64,000 nt of DNA, taken from the NCBI GenBank assembly GCA_036407095.1, contig DASWZV010000163.1:57105-121104 (forward strand), given 5' to 3'. The stretch's first letter is position 1, and every line of letters starts with the position of its first letter. A program made the position numbers and the translations under genes. This DNA comes from Vicinamibacterales bacterium (GTDB taxonomy: Bacteria > Acidobacteriota > Vicinamibacteria > Vicinamibacterales > UBA2999). This document shows, piece after piece, positions 37,003 through 45,239 of the stretch. The notes beneath the pieces were generated by a model, which saw only the letters and a program-made list of their open reading frames with translations, was not told where the DNA came from and searched no databases.

Positions 37003-38295
37003 ATGCCAGTACGTGCCATCGAAGACGTCACGTCAGCACAAGGTAATGGCGCGGCGGCGGCACCGACATTCATTCGACTGCGACAGGAGGTCGTCGATCG
37101 GCCCGAGCGGACGGCCGCGCCGCGCCCGGCGGGCCAGCGATTGCCTGATCCGGTGTTTCCACATCGGCCCGAGCTGCTGACCGATCACGAGTTGCCGGGC
37201 GACGGCACGCGCCACTGGTCGCGGGCCCACAAATGGCGCGCGTTGCGCGGCTGGGCGGTGCCCTATTTCCAGTCGCGGCTGCTGCCGGGCGATTTCCACC
37301 CGATCGTCACGTATCTCTTCACCGAGTACAAGTGCAACCTCGATTGCCACTACTGCTACTCGTACGACAACCGCGTCAAAGGTATGAGCGAAGAGATGGC
37401 ACGCGGTGCCATCGACTGGCTGCACGGGACGACGTGCCGCGTGCTCGCTCTGATGGGCGGCGAGGTGCTGCTCCGGCCGCAGTTCGTGCACAAGGTCGTC
37501 GACTACGCGGCCAGCAAAGGCTTCTGGATCTACATCCCGACGAACGGACGCTTGCTGAAGCCGGCGGTGATCGATCGCCTCGCCGACGCCGGCGTGGCGA
37601 CGTTCAACCTTGCCGTCGATGCGGTGAACGAGCGGCCCGGGCTGCCCAAGGCGCTCAATCCCATCAGGGCGTACTTCGAGTATTTGATCAGCAAGCAATA
37701 TCGATACGGCTATACGGTCTTTTTCAACGTCAACATCTGCCACAACAACATGGAGGACGTACGCGAGCTGACGGAGATCGCGCACGCCAACGGGATTTCA
37801 ACCGACTACCACCTGAACGAGCGCCCGCTGCTCGAGCAGAGTCACTTCACGCACCTGAGCGACGAGAACCCGACGTATCTGCGGCCGGACGACCAGGGGC
37901 GCATCAACGAGCTGATCGACTGGCTGATCGACAAACAGCGGAGCGGCTACGTGATGACCAACTCGAACGAGAGCCTGGCCCTGATGAAGGACTTCCTCCG
38001 AGGCGAGCTCGAGCCGTGGAACTGCCGCGCCGGTCACAACACGATGATCATCCGCGTCGACGGCACCCTGGCCCCCTGCTTCCCGATGTACTCGGCGACG
38101 CACGACTGGGGGGTGATCGGCGCGCCAAAGTTCGAGCGCGCCCAGCTCGCCGAGATGAAGAAGACCTGCGAGCGACACTGCTACTCGACGCTCAACCACA
38201 TCGTCGGCTACGGCTACAACGATCGACGCGTGATCCAGTGGCTGTGGAAACAGGCACGAAACGGATTCCGAGGCGTCCGCGGGAACTTCGAGTAG
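37003..38295 (+). CDS. radical SAM protein with C-terminal auxiliary Cys-rich domain
   Basis: CNLDCHYC (37333-37356), MGGEVLLRP, and C-terminal WNCRAGHNTMIIRVDGTLAPC...TCERHC. It starts 12 nt after the previous stop. Confidence 0.85.
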   Translation: MPVRAIEDVTSAQGNGAAAAPTFIRLRQEVVDRPERTAAPRPAGQRLPDPVFPHRPELLTDHELPGDGTRHWSRAHKWRALRGWAVPYFQSRLLPGDFHPIVTYLFTEYKCNLDCHYCYSYDNRVKGMSEEMARGAIDWLHGTTCRVLALMGGEVLLRPQFVHKVVDYAASKGFWIYIPTNGRLLKPAVIDRLADAGVATFNLAVDAVNERPGLPKALNPIRAYFEYLISKQYRYGYTVFFNVNICHNNMEDVRELTEIAHANGISTDYHLNERPLLEQSHFTHLSDENPTYLRPDDQGRINELIDWLIDKQRSGYVMTNSNESLALMKDFLRGELEPWNCRAGHNTMIIRVDGTLAPCFPMYSATHDWGVIGAPKFERAQLAEMKKTCERHCYSTLNHIVGYGYNDRRVIQWLWKQARNGFRGVRGNFE

Positions 38296-38310
38296 ATCGT
38301 TAGTCCCAGG

Positions 38311-38367
38311 GTCCGGCTTTAGCCGGACAGACGTAGCCGGACAGACGTAGTGTCCGCCTTCAGGCGG
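38311..38367. terminator. family 3 REP-like hairpins after the radical SAM gene
   Basis: GTCCGGC-TTTA-GCCGGAC at 38311-38328 and CCGCC-TTCA-GGCGG at 38354-38367. Confidence 0.5.
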
Positions 38368-38388
38368 CCTCACGTCAGTGTCACTGAA

Positions 38389-38610
38389 TGCGCCAGCCAG
38401 GGTGACGCATCCTTCCGCGCGGCGATCCGCTCGCCCGGCCAAAGACATCTCCGGCGCATGCCCTCACGCGTACGTCGCCGCTCCTCCGTCGCAAGAGCCT
38501 GACGATGTTGCTTCTCCCCCGCGGCTCCCTTCGCCTGCGATGTCTTTGGCGGCACGCTGCACGGGCTCGCTCCACGCCGCGCTCCAGGATGCATCACCCT
38601 GGCTGGCGCA
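38389..38610. mobile_element. MITE-like element X (family 4), 222 bp with 24-bp terminal inverted repeats
   Basis: TGCGCCAGCCAGGGTGACGCATCC at 38389-38412 against GGATGCATCACCCTGGCTGGCGCA at 38587-38610 (1 mismatch). The interior is homologous, in reverse orientation, to element Y. Confidence 0.7.
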
Positions 38611-38641
38611 ACTGTCCGCGAACCCGCCCCGTCACAGTCAG

Positions 38642-38914
38642 CAGCACCCGACTGGCTGATGCATTCCGGAGTGCCGCGTGGAGCGAGCCGCGTACGCGAG
38701 AGTCGCCAATGGCTTCGCAGGCGTCGCGAGCGGCGGATGGAGGAGCAACCGCGTCAGACTCTTGCGACGGGGGAGCCGCGAGAAACCGGCAGCGCACACG
38801 CCGGAGATGCTATTGGCCGGCGAGCGGATCGCGGCGCGGAGGAGTGCGTCAGCCAGTCGGGTGCTGGCCGGCGTCGGGGACGGCCATCGTCGGTCGTCGT
38901 CCCTGATCCCTGCC
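38642..38914. mobile_element. MITE-like element Y (family 4) with 26-bp TIRs plus 45-bp tail
   Basis: CAGCACCCGACTGGCTGATGCATTCC at 38642-38667 against GGAGTGCGTCAGCCAGTCGGGTGCTG at 38841-38866. The tail 38870-38914 matches 22136-22180 in reverse complement. Confidence 0.7.
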
Positions 38915-38935
38915 CGACTCCGATACGATGTGTAC

Positions 38936-38989
38936 GCTGCGCGGCTCGCTCCACGCCGCGCTCCAGGATGCATCAACCTGACTGACGCA
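38936..38989. repeat. half copy of element X (right end only)
   Basis: GCGGCTCGCTCCACGCCGCGCTCCAGGATGCATCAACCTGACTGACGCA closely matches 38562-38610. Confidence 0.7.
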
Positions 38990-39086
38990 TCTGTCGCCGA
39001 CAGAGCTGTGCGTTCTCACACCCCGGACACCCACGTCTATCTACCGCCCACACGCAACTGGGGACTCCGGTGTAACATGCCCGGCC

Positions 39087-39590
39087 ATGGCGCGGACGCT
39101 TGCACGCGTTGTGGTTCTGGCGATCGTACTCGCAGGTGCCGGCACTGCCCTGCTCGCCCAGACGCCGGGCGACGCTGCACGAGGGAAAGCGATCTACAGC
39201 GGCAAGGGCGCGTGTGCCACGTGCCATCAGGTGAACGGCGTCGGGTCGCGACTGGGACCGGACCTGAGCGAGATCGGCAACTCCAGAAGCTCCGATCATC
39301 TCGAGCGCTCGCTCGTCGAGCCTGACGCCGAGGTGCTCGGCAACAACCGCTTTTACCACGTCGTCACGAAAGACGGCACGACGATCACCGGCCGGCTCCT
39401 GAACCTCGATACGTTCACGATTCAGCTGCTCGATTCCAAAGAGCGTCTCCGGACGTTCGTGAAGGCCGATCTGCGGGACCACGGCTTCGACAAGTCGCCG
39501 ATGCCGTCGTACAAGGACAAGCTCACCGCCCAGGAGCTCGCCGATCTCGTGAGCTATCTCGCCTCGCTGAAGGGACAGGCCACACCATGA
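39087..39590 (+). CDS. secreted c-type cytochrome
   Basis: Signal peptide. Heme motif CATCH (39213-39227). Distal SPMPSY region. Its stop overlaps the next start (ATGA at 39587-39590). Confidence 0.85.
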   Translation: MARTLARVVVLAIVLAGAGTALLAQTPGDAARGKAIYSGKGACATCHQVNGVGSRLGPDLSEIGNSRSSDHLERSLVEPDAEVLGNNRFYHVVTKDGTTITGRLLNLDTFTIQLLDSKERLRTFVKADLRDHGFDKSPMPSYKDKLTAQELADLVSYLASLKGQATP

Positions 39591-41236
39591 CGGCTTCGAC
39601 ACGCATTGCGACGGTCGTGTTCTGCATCCTGATTGGCGCGGTGCTGGCCGCGCAGGACGTCACGTTCGATCGCATCATGCGCGCCGATCGCGAGCCGCAG
39701 AACTGGTTGTCGTACTCGGGCACCGTCCTCAATCAGCGGTTCAGCCCGTTGACGCAGATCGCTCCTGCCAACGTGAAGAACCTCGAGCTGCAGTGGATCT
39801 GGCAGGCCAGGTCGCTCGAGAAGTTCGAGGCGACCGCCATCGCCGTCGATGGAGTGCTCTACACCGTGCCGGGGCCGCCTGTGAACGGCACCTATCAGGT
39901 AGTCGCCCTCGACGGTGTGACCGGGCGCCCCTACTGGACGACCGAGTACAGGCCTGGGTCCGATGCCGGTCCCTGCTGCGGGCGCGTGAGCCGCGGGCTG
40001 GCCATTCTGGGCGACACGCTGTACCTCGGCACGATCGACGCGCATCTGCTCGCGCTCGACGCGAAGACCGGGCGCGTGCTCTGGAACGTCGAAGCCGCGA
40101 AAGCATCTGACAAGTACTCGATCACGCACGCGCCTCTCGTGCTCAAGGACAAGATCATCGTCGGCGTCGCCGGCGGCGATCGCGGCATACGCGCGTTCAT
40201 CGCCGCCTACGACGCGAAGAACGGCAAGCAACTGTGGCGGTTCTGGACGATTCCCGGCCCCGGCGAGCCCGGCAACGACTCGTGGTCCGGCGAGTCGTGG
40301 AAGACCGGCGGCGCAGCGGTGTGGAACAGCGGTGCCTACGATGCCGAGGCGAATCTGGTCTACTTCGGCACCGGCAATCCCTGGCCCGATCGCGACGGCA
40401 GCGTGCGGCTCGGCGACAACCTGTACAGCGACAGCGTGGTCGCCCTCGATCCCGACACCGGCAAGTTGAAGTGGCACTACCAGTTCACACCGCACGATCA
40501 GATGGACTACGACTCCACGCAGGTGCCGATCCTCGCGGACCTGCAGTGGCAGGGGCGGCCGCGCAAGGTGATGTTGTGGGCGAACCGGAACGGCGTGGCG
40601 TACGTACTCGATCGCGTCACCGGTGAATTCCTGCTGGGACGACCGTTCGTGCGCGTGAACTGGATCGACGGCTTCGACAACAAGGGCCGCCCGCAGCGTG
40701 TGCCCGGCAAGCTCCCGACGCCGGAAGGCGAACTGATCATGCCGACGGTGCTCGGTGCCACCAACTGGGCACCCGCCTCGTTCAGCCCGAAGACCGGCCT
40801 GTTCTACGTATCGGTGTGGGAGAACACCGGCACGATCGCGACATCGGGCGGTGGACGCGGCGGTCCGCAGCGGACTGTTCCGGGAACCGGCGGCACGCCG
40901 ATGGGTCAGGCGACGCTGACACCAAACACGAAGAAAGAGGATGAAGGGTACGGAGCCGTTCGCGCCTTCGATCCCCACACGCTCGACAAGAAGTGGGAGT
41001 TCAAGATGAACGACATCACGTGGGCCGGCGTGCTCACGACCGCATCCGACCTGGTGTTCAGCGGAGGCAAGGAGGGCTACTTCTTCGCGCTCGACGCCCG
41101 CAGCGGCGACCTGCTGTGGAAGGCGGCGCTCGGTGGGCAGGTCAACAGCGGCCCAATGACGTACTCGGTGAATGGCAAGCAATACATCACCGTAACCGCC
41201 GGCAACGCGCTCTTCGCGTTCGCCCTCAGACCGTGA
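39587..41236 (+). CDS. PQQ-dependent dehydrogenase, methanol/ethanol family (quinoprotein), with D-Y-D motif
   Basis: Signal peptide. NWLSYSG. Vicinal CC in DAGPCCGRVSRG (39974-39979). TPHDQMDYD (DYD at 40505-40513). Repeated beta-propeller W motifs. 549 aa. Confidence 0.85.
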   Translation: MTASTRIATVVFCILIGAVLAAQDVTFDRIMRADREPQNWLSYSGTVLNQRFSPLTQIAPANVKNLELQWIWQARSLEKFEATAIAVDGVLYTVPGPPVNGTYQVVALDGVTGRPYWTTEYRPGSDAGPCCGRVSRGLAILGDTLYLGTIDAHLLALDAKTGRVLWNVEAAKASDKYSITHAPLVLKDKIIVGVAGGDRGIRAFIAAYDAKNGKQLWRFWTIPGPGEPGNDSWSGESWKTGGAAVWNSGAYDAEANLVYFGTGNPWPDRDGSVRLGDNLYSDSVVALDPDTGKLKWHYQFTPHDQMDYDSTQVPILADLQWQGRPRKVMLWANRNGVAYVLDRVTGEFLLGRPFVRVNWIDGFDNKGRPQRVPGKLPTPEGELIMPTVLGATNWAPASFSPKTGLFYVSVWENTGTIATSGGGRGGPQRTVPGTGGTPMGQATLTPNTKKEDEGYGAVRAFDPHTLDKKWEFKMNDITWAGVLTTASDLVFSGGKEGYFFALDARSGDLLWKAALGGQVNSGPMTYSVNGKQYITVTAGNALFAFALRP

Positions 41237-41271
41237 CAGTGTAGGCCGGGTCTTGCTCTTTAGACCCGGCG
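41237..41271. terminator. family 2 hairpin immediately after the PQQ dehydrogenase stop
   Basis: Sequence CAGTGTAGGCCGGGTCT-N8-AGACCCGGCG. Confidence 0.5.
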
Positions 41272-41293
41272 ATCGTTCTCGCGAGGAACACAA

Positions 41294-42079
41294 ATGCTCA
41301 AACGCGCGCTTCTCTCAGTCGTCATCGTCGCGACCATGCCGTCGTTGTCGCTCGCACAAACCGGCTTCGCCGATCTCATCGACCACATTCATCTCGCCGC
41401 ACCGGATCAGGCCAAGGCGGTCGAGTGGTATCACGCTAATTTCGGCGCCGAGCTCACTAAGGAGGGGCCCGATCGCGCGATGCTCGGTACCACGCGGTTG
41501 ATCTTTCAGAAGAGCGACACGCCCAAGCCAAGCCAGGGCAGCGTGCTCGAGATGATCGGATTCTCGGTTCCCGATCTCGATGGCACCATGAAGAAGCTGC
41601 AGGCGGCCACGGTGAAGGTGGTGATGCCTGCGATGGTCATGCAAGGCGTCCGGTCTGCGTGGGTGATGGATCCGTGGGGAACGCTCATCGAAGTGGTCCA
41701 GGACGAGAAGAAGCTCGGGCTTCATCACATCGTCCTCTCGACAGCCGATCCGGCGGCGGAGCTGGCGTGGTTTGCGTCGTCGTTCGGCGGGAAGGTCACC
41801 AAAGCCCAGGGCGGCCTCGACGGGATCAACTATGGCGGCGTCTGGGTGCTGGCGAAAAAGGGCAGCACCGAGCCGAGCGCGGGACACGCGATCGATCACA
41901 TCGGCTTCCGTCCAGTCGACGTCGACGCGTCGGTCGCAGCGTTGAAGACGAAGAACGTCAAGGTGACGACTGAACCACGACCTCTCACCCTCCCGAGCGG
42001 AACGTCGATGCGCCTCGCGTTCATCGAGGGACCGGGTGGAGTTCGAATTGAACTCGTGCAGCGGGATAACTTGAAGTAA
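41294..42079 (+). CDS. secreted two-domain VOC (glyoxalase/bleomycin-resistance/dioxygenase) family protein
   Basis: Signal peptide. Two repeats of the IDHIHL.../LHHIVL... beta-alpha-beta-beta-beta module. Confidence 0.7.
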   Translation: MLKRALLSVVIVATMPSLSLAQTGFADLIDHIHLAAPDQAKAVEWYHANFGAELTKEGPDRAMLGTTRLIFQKSDTPKPSQGSVLEMIGFSVPDLDGTMKKLQAATVKVVMPAMVMQGVRSAWVMDPWGTLIEVVQDEKKLGLHHIVLSTADPAAELAWFASSFGGKVTKAQGGLDGINYGGVWVLAKKGSTEPSAGHAIDHIGFRPVDVDASVAALKTKNVKVTTEPRPLTLPSGTSMRLAFIEGPGGVRIELVQRDNLK

Positions 42080-42082
42080 GAA

Positions 42083-42147
42083 GGGCCGCCTGAAGGCGGC
42101 CCCTACGTACTCAAACCGATGGACGTCGGTTCGGCTGAAGCCGGACA
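42083..42147. terminator. family 3 hairpin pair between convergent genes
   Basis: GGGCCGCC-TGAA-GGCGGCCC at 42083-42102 and TCGGC-TGAA-GCCGGA at 42131-42145. Confidence 0.5.
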
Positions 42148-42158
42148 CTCCGTACGGC

Positions 42159-45100
42159 TCATGCCGTCACCTCCTGGGCCTGCGCCTGGCGCTCCTCGAA
42201 CATCACGTAGAGCGCCGGCAGCACGAGGAGCGTGAGCGCCGCGGCCGAGAACAGTCCACCGATGATCACGACGGCCAAGGGGCGCTGCACTTCCGAACCG
42301 ATGCTGTGGGAGAGCGCCATCGGCGTGAGGCCGAGCATCGCCAGCAGCGTGGTCATCAGGACCGTGCGCAGCCGCACGAGCGATCCATCGAAAGCGGCGT
42401 GATGGGCATCGATCCCCGTTCGACGAAGCTGGTTGAAGTAGCTCACCATGACGACGCCGTTCAGCACCGCCTGTCCGAACAGCGCGATGAAACCGATCGC
42501 GGCCGACACGCTGAGATGGATGCCGGTCAGATACAACGCGAGGATGCCGCCGATCAAGGCGAACGGCACGTTCACGAGAATCAGCGCCGCATGTTTCACC
42601 GCACCGAACGCGTTGAACAGCAGGACGAAGATCAGCAGCACACTGATCGGCACGATGAGTCGAAGCCTGGCCATCGCCCGCTGCTGGTTTTCGAACTCGC
42701 CACCCCAGGCGACGAAATAGCCTGGCGGGAATCGCACGCCGCTGGTCACGCGCCGCTGCATCTCGTTGACCACACCGCCCATGTCCCGGCCCTGGATGAA
42801 GACGCCAATCGCAGCGACGCGCATCCCGGATTCCCTGGCGATGTTCATGCTGCCGCTCCCCACCGACACCGTCGCCACATCCGATAGCGGAATCCTCAAT
42901 CCGCCCGGAGTATCGATCAGCACCTTCGCGATGGCGCCCTCGTCCTCGCGCTCTTCATCGCTCAACCGGACGACGACTCCGAACCGGCGCTCGCCCTCCC
43001 AGAGCTCGGTCGCCGTCTTGCCGCCGAGCGCCGTGTCGATGACGTCCTCGACATCGGCGACGTTCAGCCCGTAGCGAGCGGCACGTGCCCGATCGATTTC
43101 AATCTGGAGCTGCGGGACCTGACCGGCACGATCGACGAAAGCCCTCGCGACACCGCGAACCGGCGCGATCGTGTGCAGCACATTGTTGGCCAGGCGCCGC
43201 AGCATATCGACGTCTTCTCCGAAGACCTTGATCACGATCTGCCCGTCGATCTGCGAGATGCTCTCGAGCACGTTGTCGCGAATCGGCTGAGAGAAGCTCG
43301 GCTCGATGCCGGGGATCGCCTGCAAGGCGGTGTTCATCTGGTCGATCAAGTGATCCTTGGTCACGCCGCGCGGCCACTCCGACTCGGGCCGCACGTCGAC
43401 GAGGAGCTCGGCCATGTTGATCATCTTGGGATCGGTCCCGTCCTCAGGGCGGCCCGCTTTCGAGATGACCGAGGTCACTTCGGGAAACCGACGAAGCGTG
43501 GATCGAATGCGGGCGAGCTGCCGCGAGGTCTCGCTGATCGAAATGCCCGGCGGCAGCATGATGTTGATCCACAGCGAGCCCTCGTTCAGCTCTGGCAGGA
43601 ACTCGGTGCCCAGCGCGGGCACCAGCGCGAGGCTGACGACCAGCGCCACGACCGCCGCTCCGAGCACGGCCTTCCGTCGCTCGAGCGCGAAGCGGAGCGC
43701 CGGCCGGTACACGCGCTTGCACCAGCGAACGAGCGCGTTCTCCTCGTGCGCCTGTGTGTCGCGCAGAAGGAACAGCGACAACATCGGCACGACCGTCAGC
43801 GAGAACAGGAGCGACCCGATGAGCGCCGAGACGACCGTGTACGCCATCGGCGCGAAGATGCGTCCTTCATGGCGCTGCAAGGTGAAGATCGGCAGGTGCG
43901 CGATGATGATGACGAGCATCGAGAACAACGTCGGGCGGCCCACTTCGGCTGCCGCGTCGAGGATGACCGCCTTCGGATCGCCGTGCCGTTCACGATGCTC
44001 CGTCAGATGCCGGAACACGTTCTCCAGGACGATGACGGCGCCATCGACGATGATCCCGAAGTCCATCGCCCCGAGCGAGAGCAGGTTCGCGGGAATGCCG
44101 CGGACCCTGAGCCCGATGAAGGTCGCGAGCAGCGACAGCGGGATGATCACCGCCACGATGCCGGCGGCGCGAAGGTTGCCCAGGAAGAGATACAGCACCA
44201 CGGTCACGAGCAGCGCGCCCTCGAGCAGGTTCTTGAACACGGTGCGCAGCGTCGTGTCAATCAGCGTCGTGCGGTCGTAGAAGGGCACGATGCGAATCGG
44301 CTTGGGCAGAATCGACGCGTTCAAGGCATCGACCCGCTCTTTGACGGCGGTCAGCACCTCCGACGGGTTCTCCCCTTTGCGCATCAGCACGATACCCGAC
44401 ACGATCTCGTCCTCGCCGTCCTGCCCGACGATGCCCTGACGGGGAACCGCGCTGACCTTGACCTCGGCGATGTCGCGAATGAGCAGCGGCGTGCCGGAGT
44501 GCTCGGCGACGACGATGTTGCCGATGTCGTCGCCCGATCGCAGCATGCCGATGCCGCGAATGAGATACTGCTGCTCGCCGCGCTCCAGAAAGCTGCCGCC
44601 GGCGTTGGCGTTGCCCCGGCCGAGCGACGTGAACACCTGCTGCAGCGTGACGTTGTACGACTTCATGCGGCCGGTGTTGACCGTGACTTCGTACTGCTTG
44701 ATGAAGCCGCCGAAGCTCACGACGTCGGCCACACCCGGGATCAGCTTGAGATTCCGCGCCACGACCCAATCCTGCGCGCTGCGGAGCTCGGTCGGGCTCA
44801 TGCCCGCCCCGGCCACGCGATAGCGATAGATTTCTCCGATCGCCGTCGACAGCGGCGCCAGCTGCGGCTGCACGCCGCCGGGCAGATCGATGCCCTGCAG
44901 CCGTTCGTTGACCTGTTGACGGGCGAAGTAGTCGTTCGAGTTGTCGTTGAAGGTCACGATGATGAACGACAGACCGAACTGGGTGTGCGAGAACATCCGA
45001 ACCGCGTTCGGCAGACCGCTCAATCCGATCTCGAGCGGAATCGTGATCTGCTTCTCGACCTCCTCGGGCGCATGTCCAGGAAACAGGGTGATGACCGTGA

Positions 45101-45239
45101 CCTGGATGTCGGTGACATCAGGGAAGGCCTCCACCGGAAGCGAGCGGAACGCCGCGACGCCGGCGGCGATGAACAACACCAGCAACAGCACGACGTAGAT
45201 CGGCTGGTGCAGCGCGACGGAAACGAGACGGCGGATCAT
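42159..45239 (-). CDS. czcA: CusA/CzcA-family heavy-metal efflux RND transporter
   Basis: 1026 aa. N-terminal IRRLVSVALHQPIYVVLLLV...FPDVTDIQVTVIT. HME motif AMDFGIIVDGAVIVLEN. Confidence 0.9.
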   Translation of the reverse strand: MIRRLVSVALHQPIYVVLLLVLFIAAGVAAFRSLPVEAFPDVTDIQVTVITLFPGHAPEEVEKQITIPLEIGLSGLPNAVRMFSHTQFGLSFIIVTFNDNSNDYFARQQVNERLQGIDLPGGVQPQLAPLSTAIGEIYRYRVAGAGMSPTELRSAQDWVVARNLKLIPGVADVVSFGGFIKQYEVTVNTGRMKSYNVTLQQVFTSLGRGNANAGGSFLERGEQQYLIRGIGMLRSGDDIGNIVVAEHSGTPLLIRDIAEVKVSAVPRQGIVGQDGEDEIVSGIVLMRKGENPSEVLTAVKERVDALNASILPKPIRIVPFYDRTTLIDTTLRTVFKNLLEGALLVTVVLYLFLGNLRAAGIVAVIIPLSLLATFIGLRVRGIPANLLSLGAMDFGIIVDGAVIVLENVFRHLTEHRERHGDPKAVILDAAAEVGRPTLFSMLVIIIAHLPIFTLQRHEGRIFAPMAYTVVSALIGSLLFSLTVVPMLSLFLLRDTQAHEENALVRWCKRVYRPALRFALERRKAVLGAAVVALVVSLALVPALGTEFLPELNEGSLWINIMLPPGISISETSRQLARIRSTLRRFPEVTSVISKAGRPEDGTDPKMINMAELLVDVRPESEWPRGVTKDHLIDQMNTALQAIPGIEPSFSQPIRDNVLESISQIDGQIVIKVFGEDVDMLRRLANNVLHTIAPVRGVARAFVDRAGQVPQLQIEIDRARAARYGLNVADVEDVIDTALGGKTATELWEGERRFGVVVRLSDEEREDEGAIAKVLIDTPGGLRIPLSDVATVSVGSGSMNIARESGMRVAAIGVFIQGRDMGGVVNEMQRRVTSGVRFPPGYFVAWGGEFENQQRAMARLRLIVPISVLLIFVLLFNAFGAVKHAALILVNVPFALIGGILALYLTGIHLSVSAAIGFIALFGQAVLNGVVMVSYFNQLRRTGIDAHHAAFDGSLVRLRTVLMTTLLAMLGLTPMALSHSIGSEVQRPLAVVIIGGLFSAAALTLLVLPALYVMFEERQAQAQEVTA

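Noticed and set aside
39554-41293. 579-aa ORF on the minus strand
   Set aside because: It is antisense to the cytochrome c / PQQ dehydrogenase pair and has no recognisable motifs. The plus strand carries clear quinoprotein signatures.
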